A DNA stretch of 63,596 bases, counting the filler, from Octopus bimaculoides (lineage: Eukaryota), in the NCBI RefSeq assembly GCF_001194135.2. It is 7 parts of 6 records of this genome, joined end to end, with 100 filler letters (N's around TTAATTAATTAA, not from the genome) between each part and the next. Parts side by side here need not be neighbours in the genome. Positions count along the whole stretch, not along the records: positions 1 to 31,791 come from NC_068984.1; 6 more parts are not named here. One strand, given 5' to 3'. Shown piece by piece: positions 12,461-24,869 of the stretch (the first letter of the stretch is position 1; each line of letters starts with the position of its first letter). Under the pieces are notes generated by a model. The model was not told where the DNA came from and did not search any database. It worked only from the letters and a program-made list of their open reading frames with translations. Both the position numbers and the translations under genes were made by a program.

Positions 12461-13879
12461 TCTGAGGCAGTTCAAAAAAAGTATATCTTACCTTAAAGAT
12501 GGTCAAATATTTCTAATTTATGGCTGTGTTTACATGTATAATGATGTTAAACAATAAAAATACCATTAGAAATTATTATAAGAATCAACTTGTTTGCAAC
12601 AGACTGAAATCTGTTGCAAAATTAATTTTATAAAATTTGGGAACCACTTCTTTAATGAGTTCTGTATAATTTAATATAGTTTGTTTTTGAAATGTAACAA
12701 AGTTAATTCTGTAAGTGTATCTACACTGTTGTAAGGAGAATATATTTCAAACGACTTATTTCTGATACATAGATATACAGTGTCAATTTATCAATACAAA
12801 TGTTACTCAGTTGCATGACCTGCTATAAATAGCAGCCAAATCTTTAAAAAGACACATTGGATAAGTAACTATTTCTGAACAAAATATGGGGCTGACTTGG
12901 AGCTAAATAAAAAATGTAAACTAAATTTGACTATAAAAATTCAATTACTTAATATAGTTTATAGAGTAAATTATCCCTCACCATATAATTTTAATCTTTT
13001 TCCCTGTATCTTTGATATATTTTAATCCAAAGAAACAAACAATGAATTACTTTGTTGCAATCTATAGTTAAGAAGACTAATAATTTTTCTGGAAATGCAT
13101 TGAAGTTGTAGCTCTTAAAATCAAGTTGGCATCTATAAATGGAAACTTTGGACAAAATCCAAAATTACATTTTTTCCACTCTTTTACCTTCAAAGTATTG
13201 GTGAAAATTTAAGTGAAATATGTGAATAAAAATGTATATATTTACATGTGCTTCTTGCTTATCAAAGTAACTGTAATTCAAATTCTAAATGAAATTTAAT
13301 TAGAAAATAGCATGATGTTCTTATTTATTTTTAAAAACTTTTGATCTGAAAGCAATTGATAAATATCAACTCCAAATTAAAATATGTCTTATCAAGATAA
13401 GCAATGAAAATATGTTTTTGAAAAGTATGGTTAGGATTGGTAAAAAAAATTGATGTAATACCACAGTTAAAAAAAGATATGGTGTAGCTGCTATCTTACT
13501 CAATTAAAGATGTAGGTTAATACAATATGCGTTGTAAGTATTTTCTGGTTGTTAAGGGTGTTTTGAAGGTATCTGAAATTCTGGAGCCATTTGCAAGAGT
13601 GTTTGGTTAGTGTAGGGAAAGAGTTGTGAGTTTGATGCCCACTGTTTGGTCTATAAAGCTTATGTATCTATGGCAATTCTGTATTGAAACAATATGAAGT
13701 CTATCCAAAGCAGGCTAATTTCAGGAAGCTAATAGGGTTAATGTTTTGATAGAATTTTTAACCTTGAGACCTTTTTTACAATGTATGTTGTCTGGTGACA
13801 TGACCAATGGTGGGATTTGAATCAGTAGGCAGAATTTGTCCCAGGATTCATTCAACTGGAACAGATCCCACAAAGTATC

Positions 13880-13990
13880 TCATCTGAGTCTGTTAATCCA
13901 CTATCTTGTACTGGTGCTTTACTTGTTGACCTCAAAAAGATGAAAAGCTAAGTTGATCATGATGAGCTATGAACTCAGAGAATAGAGAAC
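13880..13990 (-). mobile_element. SINE family C copy (decayed)
   Basis: GTTGACCTCAAAAAGATGAAAAGCTAAGTTGA...TGAACTCAG matches copies at 58610 and 60420. Confidence 0.5.
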
Positions 13991-14659
13991 TGAAACAAAT
14001 TCTGCAAGAAATTCCATGGCTTCACCAATCCACTGCCTTACTTTATATATCTCTATATCACCATATTTGGTTATTGTGTAACTGTGTAATAACCAAATAT
14101 GGAAAATGATATAGAGTAAGAAAGAAAATTTTTGTGAAGTGAATTTGTGTTGAAGTTTCAAATGTTCTTTTAGCTATTTTGTTTTACATGCATCACTACC
14201 ATATTTACTCCTACAAAATAATTTATTTTCCCTTGGAACATCATAATAGAATTATAGCAGGTTAATTTCAGAAGCCAGTTAGGTTAATTTTTTTATTGAA
14301 TTTTTAACATTATTTCTAAAATTCAGAATTATTCACATAAGAGTAGTAAAGATTCCTTATATTAGCATATTACTACAGATTTATTGGAGAGAGCAAAATT
14401 ATTTGATGTTGAATCCTTTCTTAAAATCATTAGTTATATAGGTTTTTGCAAATAAAATCAGAATTTTTTATACCAGAAAATGAAGGCATTGTAAGTGAGA
14501 GAAGCGAACCATTAAGAACCCTAACCCTACAACCATGATTAAAAATCAGTAAAAATTTCAGGGTAAATGGTTCAACTATTGATACAAACTGGATTCATTG
14601 GGTAGGATAGATTTTTATTTGAACATACACAGAAACAATACACACGCATGTGTATGTGT

Positions 14660-14661
14660 GT

Positions 14662-14712
<51 letters not shown>
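14660..14712. repeat. (TAG)n microsatellite
   Basis: Direct inspection. Confidence 0.95.
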
Positions 14713-14713
<1 letters not shown>

Positions 14714-15136
14714 GTCTCAGCCTCAGTTTTAAACCCAACTGCTTTCTTTGCAAATAAAATGTACATAAACAAACAAACAGGGTCTTTCAAACTGAGTGAT
14801 GATGTCAGCTAAAATCTAGCCAATCAGATTGTAAGAAGCACATTGTAGATTTTTGAGTGATAATGTCATCACATATTTGTCTAGTTAGATTCAGTCTGGG
14901 GCTCAATATAAGAGACCAGATTTGAATGACAAAGCAGAGGAAAATGTGACTGGTAGATGGTATGTCAGGAACTTAGTGATGTGAGCAGCAAAGCATGGTA
15001 GCAGGCAAATTCTCAATCTTGGCAGTAATGGTAGTTATGACTGTCAAAATGTTGGATTGGGAAAAGAACTGTCAATACTTACTCTGAAACACTTACTGCT
15101 TCCATGAACTTATTTCCAGCTTTTCCCACAACTTAC

Positions 15137-15303
15137 ATTTCTCTGCCATGAACAGTACTTCTCAATGTAACTAGATTTTCTTTCCTTGTAATGGCAGTGT
15201 TTCTTGTAAATTTGCAACAATAAAACAGATGCAGACCATTATTGACTAAGCTGGCAACCTTATCAAGTTTGCTTGGTAAAGAGAGTGGTTTATGTTGAAC
15301 ACC
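15137..15303 (-). CDS. Candidate internal exon (167 nt, phase 0 to 2)
   Basis: Acceptor tcttgtttttcatcctgcag, donor AT|gtaagt. One open frame, GVQHKPLSLPSKLDKVASLVNNGLHLFYCCKFTRNTAITRKENLVTLRSTVHGRE; phase is compatible with 5598-5712. Confidence 0.3.
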
Positions 15304-16624
15304 CTGCAGGATGAAAAACAAGACCTGTCAAAGGGTGGATGAACTCAGTAGAGTGAATGACTATCCATCAGGTAGAAATGAGAGACCCCCTAGTCTGTAT
15401 CCATTCATTCTCTAGAAGGAAAACTCTGACTTTGTTTCCAGTGATGTAAACTAGTTCTTTTTGGGCCTTTCTTCACTTTACAAAGCAATAAGTATAGGCA
15501 TTGCTTGATTTTTAACATCTCTATTATGAGTTGCATACTATGGCTGGTTATAGCAAAGAAAGGCAAAACACTCATTGAAAAATTCCATAATGGAATGACA
15601 GCATGTGTCAGCATGGTTTGGTAAGCTCTCTGAAAATCTGTTGCAAGAGACACTCTTCATTTCCACATCTGTGTAAAAGAGTGCAGGTCTCAAGCCAGAC
15701 TAAAAGACCATGTCTGTACAGCTTATGTTTAAGAGGAGAATCAAGTAATGGCATTGCTTCAAATTGCATGGATGGATAGATATATGTGTGTAGGTGAGTA
15801 TGTATGGATGGCTATATGTATGTATGTACACACCCATACACACATCTAAATGTGTATACATATATATATATGTGTGTGTGTCTATGTAAATATATGTAAA
15901 TACACAACATACATATGCATATGTGTGCACATGAATATATGTGTAAAACATTGAGTTGCATAAATATTACAAATATATTTTGTATAATACTGCAGTAAAG
16001 TTACAATAATCTATAAAATAATGGCTGTTTATGAATAGCCTAGATCAGCACCTAACATGGTCAGCTGATGAAATGGAGGATTTGAATTATGTTCCTAACT
16101 GTAGCAATTACCATCTTTTATTGCTGCCCTCTTTTAGAATTAAAGCATGTGCTTCCTATATATTAAACATAGTAATGACATTATTGAGTGAGATTTAGGC
16201 TACACTGAGAATATATCAGGACTGCATAGAAGCCATATCATTGGCTTGTTGTTGCTATTTAACCTCAGGTCAATGTTGATGAGCCAACCTATAGTTAAAT
16301 GCATTACACTTGTGACCATCCCATCTTATTTACAGATATAGTATATCTGGGATCATATTTCAAATATGCCCTTCCTTTTTTTTTATAGATAATAGGATGT
16401 CATTTGATGGATATTTAGCTGTTAACCTTAACAGATCAAATAATCATGTAGAGAATCCTTCCAGGTTAACCCTAATTTGAATAAAATGATTGTGCAGGAG
16501 AATGTAAAATATCTGCATCTTCTTCATAGAGTTGCAAAGGCCACAGACACAGCCTTCTGATCAAACCAATAAAAAGAGCCCTGTTTAGCCCTGGTTTCGT
16601 AGCATTAAATTAATGAGAGATATT

Positions 16625-16860
16625 ATTATCTGTCCCCTGCCAGATCATCCTATCAGAGCTTTACTCTCAGTTGATGCAGCAGCTACCGGCTAGAAGGGGC
16701 CTCCTGGTAGGCCTTGCACCATGTGGCTGGACATGATTAAGGAAGATCTCCAGAGGCTTGATATCACCTAGGAAGATGCAGAGGGGCTGGTAGGGGATTG
16801 TCAGCAATGAAGATCACTGGTGGATCTGGTCAGCTCTATGAATGGTGATGTCTCTGAGAT
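16625..16860 (+). mobile_element. RTE-like LINE ORF2 C-terminal fragment
   Basis: RRGPPGRPCTMWLDMIKEDLQRLDIT.EDAEGLVGDCQQ.RSLV resembles the pattern RGRPR..W.D.I..DL......A..LA.DR..WR.LV. Confidence 0.55.
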
Positions 16861-16864
16861 CACT

Positions 16865-18439
16865 AACCCAGGATGCCCCCAATAGTGATACAAAATATTT
16901 TATTTATATTAATGGCTTGATTTTCGAAATTATTTACAAATGCAATCAGAATGTCCTGTCCTGTAGTTGTATTAGTATGAGGAATCAAATAACATAATTC
17001 TTCATAAATATGCTCATTGCCACAGTATCTTGCAACAATTGCTAGGCACACCATGTCATTCACGTCAGTACTTTCATCGACATTGACACTAAATGCAGCA
17101 GTTTTTTGTAATCCAACTTCTTGTTTCATTGTTATGTTTTCAGTTATATCAGTTATACATCTCTGAATTGATCTTAAAGAAGCTGGTATTTCTTGAATTT
17201 GAGACAGTATTGTTTCAGCATTTGGTAAATCACTGAACAAAATTTTAGCACTTCTCAGAAAAGCTTTTTTTGATAAATTCTCCATCTGTCAAAGGTGTAC
17301 CTTTCTCAGCTATACATTGAGTAATTGTGTAACTACATTCATTGGCTTTATTTTTCATTCCAAGCATTTGGACAAAAAAATGTGCTTTTTTTGTAACTAG
17401 AAATGCCCCTTTTTATGGCTTCACTCTTTTCATCAGAGTTTTTAAATGTAGTCTGGTGTCTAGTATGATAATGTCTTTGTACACTTGATGTACGACATAC
17501 GACAGATTCACTGCAGAATTCACATACAGCACGATCATTTTACCATACAAATCCATATGCAATTCTCCAGAAATCTTGAAATGAACGAACGTCAAGTTTT
17601 TGTCTTTTGTTATTCATCTTGGGGTACTATATATTGATAATTAATATTAACAGGTGTATAAACCCTTAAACCAGATTCTACAAATAAAAATTAAAATAAC
17701 TAAATAAAAATAATTAGAATAAAATAAATAGTAAAAAAAATAAAAGAACAAAAAAATGAAATAAATTTAATGAATAAATTTTCGTAATAATAAAAATAAT
17801 TAGATTAAAATAGATAGTAAGAATAAACAGAAAAAAATCAGAAAACTTGACTCACAAAGGAGAAATTGAAACCAAAGTAAATAAGTACAATTTTTGACTT
17901 TTCATGTTTGTTTGTCTTTGAAAACCTTTCTTACTACTTTCTTTTCTTTCCATATGCCCACAAAGTAGGAGCCCATTTTTAAGAGTGTCTTTATTTAGAC
18001 TGGCTGCTGTAAGGTGGTTAACTAATTTTAGCAAATGATCTGCACTACTAAATATACAACTGATTTTTAAAAATAGGCATTTGCAGCTCTAGCTCCTGGC
18101 TTAAGTAATATAGTACATAGAAATGCTTTCAGCACCAGCTTACAAACAACAAATTAATTGTGCTAACATTTATAATTTGGTATCGTCAAAATTATATGTG
18201 TTCAGTAGTACTATATTTTAAAGGAAATGTAATACTATCAAATACAGATAGTTTAGGTTAGAATAGATGGATCATAAAAAAAGCAATGTAATGATGTAAT
18301 TTTATTATTATGATGTCACTTCCTGAAATATAGTTATAAACAAAAATTTATGTTTATTTTTTGCCAAGAGGTGTGTGTGCCATTGTGAATTGGTCTGTGT
18401 GCCACACATGGCACTCATGCCATAGGTTGCCAATGCCTG
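16865..18439 (-). mobile_element. 3'-truncated hAT (Charlie/GTF2IRD2-like) DNA transposon with 5' TIR
   Basis: TIR CAGGCATTGGCAACCTATGGC starts at 18439, flanked by GACTAGGC (NNNTANNN). ATG at 17617. BED-like AVCEFCSESVVCRTSSVQRHYHTRH. Catalytic FSVNVDESTDVND...EEL...TTTGQDI. Confidence 0.85.
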
Positions 18440-18461
18440 GCCTAGTCCTAAGTACACTTAC

Positions 18462-18543
18462 CACCTCTCCACTCATAGATAAACCACCAAGGAAAGACAA
18501 GTCAACAAGTTTTCTGCATCTATGGAGCCTCAGGTGATGCCAG
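18462..18543 (-). CDS. Candidate exon (82 nt, phase 2 to 0) with an LRR-like peptide
   Basis: Donor GTG|gtaagt with a modest acceptor aaccaatag. Frame WHHLRLHRCRKLVDLSFLGGLSMSGEV is phase-compatible with 15137-15303. Confidence 0.25.
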
Positions 18544-19469
18544 CTATTGGTTAATTATAACATATCTGCCTTAATGTCCCCCCCTCCAGATTTTCTGCTG
18601 AGGTTTACTGCCTTAGCTATTTGAATATGAGAAGATTGTACTTTTCTCATTGATGTCATCAAAGATAAAGTGAAATGAGATGGGAATAGAAATATGGTTG
18701 TGAACTCAATGATGTTTAAGCACAACATTACTGAAATGACAAACATATGGTTAAAGTTAATATTCTTTTGCTTGTTTTAGCCATTACAGTTGAATGCTCC
18801 ATGCTGGAGCACCACCTGTAGTCTTTCTCTTCTTCAATTTCATTATTATTTAGTATGAAGATGAGGAACAGTACTCATAGCCCTTCTGAAACTTCCTAGG
18901 CTTGTGAAGCTGATGTTGGTTCTTTAGAATATGTCTGTATGGGAAAGAGTAGACTAAGGGAAGTAGAATCCTGAAAGATGGCAGTTTGGAGAAGGAAATT
19001 CAGTATGGGATTGGAGTTGGGAAGAGTAAAAGAGGGGTAAGTGAATTGAGGGAATGTAGTTCCTTAATTGTGCATAGTTTGTTAATTCAGAGAAAAGGTG
19101 GACCAAATGATTAAAAAGTTTACTTTGTAATTATGAAATTCTAGATTTGAGTCCACTCTGAGACTTGAGAAAAAATATTTTGCCATAGCTTGAGGTTGAT
19201 GCAAGATTTGTGAGTGAAAATGGGTAGTGGAAACTGTGTGGAAGCCTATTAGATTGATTGTAGCTATAAATAAAAAATCCAGCCTTTTGTGGATCATTGA
19301 AATAGCCAGCCATTAATTTAATAAGTAGGCTGTTCTTTTGAGCAGGTAAATACTCCTTGGTGAAAATGATAGAGGATCCATCATCAGTTCAGAGGTGCAG
19401 AAACTATTGAAAATATCCAAATTATGTCATAAAGATGGGACTCTTAAGTATGACAGACTTCTTTTGATT

Positions 19470-19602
19470 TCAAACTACCAAATACTCTCACAAGGCTTTA
19501 CTTGATCCAGAACTATAGTAGAAGACACTTACCCAAGGTACTGTGTAGTGGGACTGAATCCAAAACTACTGTTGGGAAGTGAGCTTCTTAACCACACAGC
19601 CA
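19470..19602 (-). mobile_element. SINE family B, 5' part
   Basis: CACAAGGCTTT...CTATAGTAGAAGACACTTACCCAAGG...AACCACACAGCC. Confidence 0.75.
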
Positions 19603-19746
19603 GGCCTTATTCAATAAAACCATGCTAGTGACCAAGCTACAAAAACCCTTAGTTTGTTATTATTGTGTAACCCTTGGTCAGTGATAAATCAAACCTATAG
19701 TCAAAAGTAGTTCACTTATAGCCATCACTTTTCAGTCATAGCATAC

Positions 19747-19850
19747 CTCAAACTACATTGCCCTTTATATATGTGAGTTGATGGAGACTGATTCATATTT
19801 CTTGTTGGCTGAGCAACTACATTGAAACTCCCACATCAATATAATATATA
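19747..19850 (-). CDS. Candidate first coding exon (ATG at 19796)
   Basis: Strong acceptor ttcactcttaccag and donor GAG|gtatgc. MNQSPSTHIYKGQCSL ends in phase 2, compatible with the 18543 exon. Confidence 0.2.
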
Positions 19851-20031
19851 CTGGTAAGAGTGAAATGTTGCAAAGACAGAAAACCGGGACAAATTCTTTC
19901 GAGTAATTGATATGACGTGTTATCAAAACTAACTTCATTTTGCATCCCATTGGAATTGATAAATTAGTGCCATTTGAGAAAAACTCAATCAATTAAATTA
20001 TTAAAAATTGGCTTTAAACTTAAAAATAGAA

Positions 20032-20191
20032 AGCATTATGATAATTATTCGCATACCTCATAATACTCCAAATTTAATCCTTGTGGATCACCAGAAGACA
20101 TTTGACTTTGTAGCATTATGATAATTATTCGCATACCTCATAATACTCCAAATTTAATCCTTGTGGATCACCAGAAGACATTTGACTTTGT
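20032..20191. repeat. Perfect 2 x 80-bp tandem duplication
   Basis: 20032-20111 is identical to 20112-20191. Confidence 0.95.
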
Positions 20192-21119
20192 TAGATCTTG
20201 TGTTTTCTTTTCTTCTCTTAATGTGGACTGCATGTCTGAACTTATCCATTTGTTTTATATCTGACTAGCTATACTGGTTTATTTAAAGTACTCATTATAA
20301 ACCAGCTTCTTTTTATGATTTCCATTCAGCAAAGAAAATAATTTTGTGACATTAAATAGGACCATTAATATATAGAGAAGATGACTAACAATAGTTATAT
20401 TAGATTTGGGCTAACTCTCGTACATAGTCATCACACAAAATAGCAGCATTTAACTTTGTTGAAAAGACTTGATATATTTTTATGAATTGCTATGAAATAA
20501 ACTGAAGAATTGCATTGGTTGTTACTTTCTTAGTGATTAGGTAGGTGGTATGTAGACTATTCAGAGTCAACTTCTATTGCATTTCTTGACTGTTTCTCTC
20601 TCATTAATATTTTCTGTGATATTTATACACACGCAACAAACTACTAGTTAAAGATAAGGCATATATGCTTGTTGCTCTCTCTCTTGTTTTCATATACATG
20701 CATGTACACGAATACACCATATACATGAATACATCATATACATACATGTACATGAATACACCATATACCATACATGTACATGAATACACCATATACTATA
20801 TAATAAAATACATATACATATGTGTATATATCCTCCTCCCCTCCTCCTTCTCCCCCCACCCATTAAAATCAAAATCATTTTTACATCCACTTTTCCAGGC
20901 ATGTATGCATGGGTTGGATGGGTTTCTTTGAAGTAGATTTTCTATGTCTGGATGCTCTTTCTGTTACCAACCCTCACCTGTTTCCAAACAAATTAATATT
21001 TTCCCATGGCCAGACACATTTTCACAAAATATTGGAAATAGAGGACATTGCTTGTATGACAGTGACATTCGTTTATAACTATCAAGTGATGTCAAGACGA
21101 GGAGACACATGCACACACA

Positions 21120-21159
<40 letters not shown>

Positions 21160-21266
21160 NNNNNNNNNNNNNNNNNNNNNNNNNNNNNNNNNNNNNNNNN
21201 NNATGACAGTGACATTCGTTTATAACTATCAAGTGATGTCAAGACGAGGAGACACATGCACACACA

Positions 21267-21309
<43 letters not shown>

Positions 21310-21604
21310 ATCATTTTATTATCTTGCTCTTATGATATTTACTTTGTATTATATCATACTTATTTATTGTACTTTTAATTATAAATTTTTTCTATATGTG
21401 ACAGTGGATTTTCATCAATGAGTTCATAAACCTTGATTCTTTTCCCTAATACTATATATTTATATATATTTTATACTGTGAAGCTTAATTTAATTTTAAT
21501 TTTTAATAAATTGATTTTAATTGAGTTTTTACCTGTAATTTTGGATTTTATCCCTAATATTATTATTATATATATATATATGCTTATCTACAATGAGCTT
21601 CTTT

Positions 21605-21745
21605 AGTGTTTATCTACCAAATCCACTCACATGGCTTTGGTCAGCCTGTGGCTATAGTAGAAACACTTGCCCAAGGTATCCTGCAGCGAGACTGAATCTG
21701 GAACTATGTGGTTGTGAAGCAAACTTTCTAACTACGCTGCCACTT
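21605..21745 (-). mobile_element. SINE family B, 5' part
   Basis: CCAAATCCACTCACATGGCTTTGG...GGCTATAGTAGAAACACTTGCCCAAGG. Confidence 0.75.
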
Positions 21746-22157
21746 TAGAGGTATCACCCGAACAGACCAAGGTATGAAAGTGTAAAAAAAAAAATTATAT
21801 ATACATATTATATTTTACTCATAGTACTTTGCATGAATGAAATGTCATGATGGTAACCTCCTGAATAATCAGTGTGGTCAGTAATCAGGTTCAATTCACA
21901 GTTGGACCTTCTGATATAATCAATAACTTGTAGAAAAAGGGATTCTACCTAACTCATTTGCTCAGGATGTGCCACACGATGAGGAAGCCTTCAACGATGA
22001 TCCAACATATGGATTATGAGACATTTTATATATGTACATATGTATAAGCATAAATACACATATAAGTATGTATTTTGATATTTTACTTAGGCATTGTGAG
22101 ACTAATAACTTGGTGTAGAACTCAATATGCAAAGCATAAGTTGAGTATAGAGCAGTA

Positions 22158-22471
22158 ATAAGAAAATGAGACGACACAGGAATAAATGATTGTCTTTAGA
22201 ACTTCATTAGCTTACAGTTGTTTCTGCAATAAAATACAGTGGACTCACAGTTGAGTGCCTGACTAACACCTTATAGCCTCATTGAAGCCTCAAATATGTG
22301 ATAGAGTGATATCTCTGAAGTGGTTGTGCAGTGACTTCATATTCAAGGCTCTGATGAAGGTGTTACTCAGGCACTCAACTATGAGTTCACTGCATCCTTT
22401 AGCAGAAACAGTTGTAAGCTAATGAAGTTCACATGATAATCATTTATTCCTTTGCCATCTCATTTTCTTAT
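22158..22471. repeat. Long inverted repeat (arms about 22158-22298 and 22338-22471): head-to-head dimer of one element
   Basis: CAGTGGACTCACAGTTGAGTGCCTGACTAACACCTT matches the reverse complement of AAGGTGTTACTCAGGCACTCAACTATGAGTTCACTG; pairing extends out to ATAAGAAAATGAGA / TCTCATTTTCTTAT. Confidence 0.9.
22347..22420 (+). ncRNA. Hammerhead-like motif with long stem II in the right arm of the inverted dimer
   Basis: GGCT-CTGATGA-(47 nt)-GAAA-CAGTT-GTA-AGCT. The two arms give a consensus palindromic stem III, ACAGCTGT. The stem II junction is non-canonical. Confidence 0.4.
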
Positions 22472-22737
22472 AAGTATTTATATACACATATATATGCATG
22501 TGTGTAAATATACTTCTCTATAATTTACCATACCAAATATCTTCTCCTGGTAGGTCAATACTAGTTACAGTGGACTGCTCTTTGCTAAGAACTTTGTCCA
22601 AAGTTCTCTTATTAGGAAATGGATATCAGTGGTTCTCAAACCTGAACTGTATCTCATTTAAGTTAATTTTCTACCTAATCAGTGGTACTTTCTCTTATAG
22701 TTCTTTCTGTTATTTTCATACCTTGGTCCATTAGAGT

Positions 22738-23125
22738 AAAGTGGAGGCGCAATGGCCCAGTGGTTAGGGCAGCGGACTCGCGGTCGTAGGATTGTGGTTT
22801 TGATTCCCAGACCGGGCGTTGTGAGTGTTTATTGAGCGAAAACACCTAAAACTCCATGAAGCTCCGGCAGGGGATGGTGGTAAACCCTGCTGTACTCTTT
22901 CACCACAACTTTCTCTCACTTCCTGTTTCTGTTGTGCCTGTAATTCAAAGGGTCAGCCTTGTCACACTTTGTGTCACGTTGAATCTCCCCGAGAACTACG
23001 TTAAAGGCACACGTGTCTGTGGAGTGCTCAGCTACTTGCACATTAATTTCACGAGCAGGCTGTTCCGTTGATTGGATCAACTAGAACCCTCGACGTCGTA
23101 AGTGACGGAGTGCCAACAACAACAA
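22738..23125 (+). mobile_element. Full-length tRNA-derived SINE with (CAA)n tail and probable 10-bp TSD
   Basis: Head TGGCCCAGTGGTTAGG with a B-box-like TTGATTCC. Tail CAACAACAAC. Flanks CCATTAGAGT (22728) and CCATTAGTGT (23126). The 3' ~180 bp is shared with the 61768 copy. Confidence 0.85.
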
Positions 23126-23767
23126 CCATTAGTGTGATACCTATGAAGCTACTTTCTTCTGAAACACCTTTGCCCTCATAATAATTGATAATATTCCTAT
23201 GCCATTATAGGGTATGATACCTCTCTGTGCTACCTGATTGATTATAAGAGTGAAAAGCATGTGAACTACTTCAGATATTTTCAGCATCTCAGTGCTATTC
23301 CTATGGGTCACACATTATTAGGGTACTTTTTAAATAATGGTAGATTATATTTGTCAAGATAATGAGAAGAGTCATTCTTGTAAAGATTAAAAGTGTGTTG
23401 GGTTGTGTTATACTTGTCAAGGAGGGAGTCATACTTATTAAGTTAAGAGGTAGTTGTATGTCATAGGTGGTGAGAGCAGAAGAGTATTGTTGTTGATAGT
23501 CATTCTTCCTCCTATGTTTGAAAAAGGGAGTGTTTTCATTGTCATTTCAACATCTATGTTCGCATGTTGGCATTGGTTAGATGGACCAACATAGACAATG
23601 AAAGTTCTCATTTGAACTTAGAATACTCCGAGACAGATTAAGGATCGTATCGCACTTGTATTTGTTTTGGCATGGTTTCTACAGTTTGATGCCTATCCTA
23701 CTGCCAAACACTTTACAGAGTGTAATGAGTGCATTTTATATTCCAAGTAAATAAACCCGATAGAGAA

Positions 23768-23825
<58 letters not shown>

Positions 23826-24039
23826 GGAGAGATACTATCATGATTGATGTCCTTACATCTGTGCCCAACAGAACACATACACCCCCCCTCCCCCCACACA
23901 CACACAGAGTAGTCCAAGGTGAGGTTTGTCAATAGCAATGTAATAAAAGTAGCACAAAGAGACAATCAATATTTACTTAGCTTAGAGACTGGTACACCCT
24001 GGCTTTTCATATCCTCTGGACATTTTATTGCTGAGAAAC

Positions 24040-24860
24040 AAACTTTGTGACTTGTTCTGCTTCAGAACCTCTAATGTGATAGCACAGTTCAACAGGTATT
24101 TGGATGCTTTTATCTGACTTGAAGGTTTTTTGATATGCTGAATCTAAAAACAGAATACATTTTTTCCCCTCATGTCAAGATTTCAAGATACCCAAACCCC
24201 ACAATCATCAGTGGGTGATATATATGGACTTTAAGATAGTAAATGTTCTCCTGCAACAACAAAGTGAATACACCAAATATCCATGTTTTTTTTTATGTAT
24301 GTGGAACAACAGAGCCAGGAAAAACATTGGGTGATCAAAGAATAGCTGTAGTAAACATTAATACCAAGGTCTTTTAATGTGGTTAAAGAGCCTTTACTTC
24401 AATCAGGAAAAATCATCCTACATCTACTCCATATTAAACTTGGCATTATGAAGCAGTCTGTTAGAGCACTGGATAAAGATGAGCCATGCTTTCATTATAT
24501 TCCCCAGTCTGAGCAGTGAAAAGATAAAAGCTGGAGTTTTTGATGGGCCTCAAATCAGAAAATTGATGAAAGATTGGAACTTTGTAAATTCAATGAATTT
24601 CATTGAAGCAACAACATGGAATTCATTTGTATTAGTTGTAAATGACTTTTCTGGGCAATAAGAAAGCTGACTATGCAGAGATAGTCAACAAAATTCTGGA
24701 GAACTTTCAAAAATTGGGAGCAAATATGAGCATAAAGCTGCACTATGCCCACAGTCACCTTGATAAATTCCCTGAGAATCTTTGGGATAAAGGAAAATGT
24801 TTCCATCAGGACATAGAGCTTGCAGGACTCAAAGACACACATGGAAAGGCAAATATGAAA
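24040..24860 (+). mobile_element. Decayed DNA transposase of the PLHIKLGLMK / HSHLD.FP family (superfamily not assigned)
   Basis: Peptides LLHIKLGIMKQSVRALDK, FPSLSSEKIKAGVFDGPQIRKLMKD, FLGN..ADY, LGANMSIKLHYAHSHLDKFPENL and FHQDI. Confidence 0.75.
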
Positions 24861-24869
24861 GTTTAATGA

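Noticed and set aside
18462-18730. 269-nt exon using the stronger upstream acceptor at 18731
   Set aside because: Stops in all three frames; only the 82-nt version is codable.
21058-21303. ~100-bp direct repeat on both sides of an N gap
   Set aside because: Identical sequence ending in (TA)n on each side is typical of an unmerged contig overlap.
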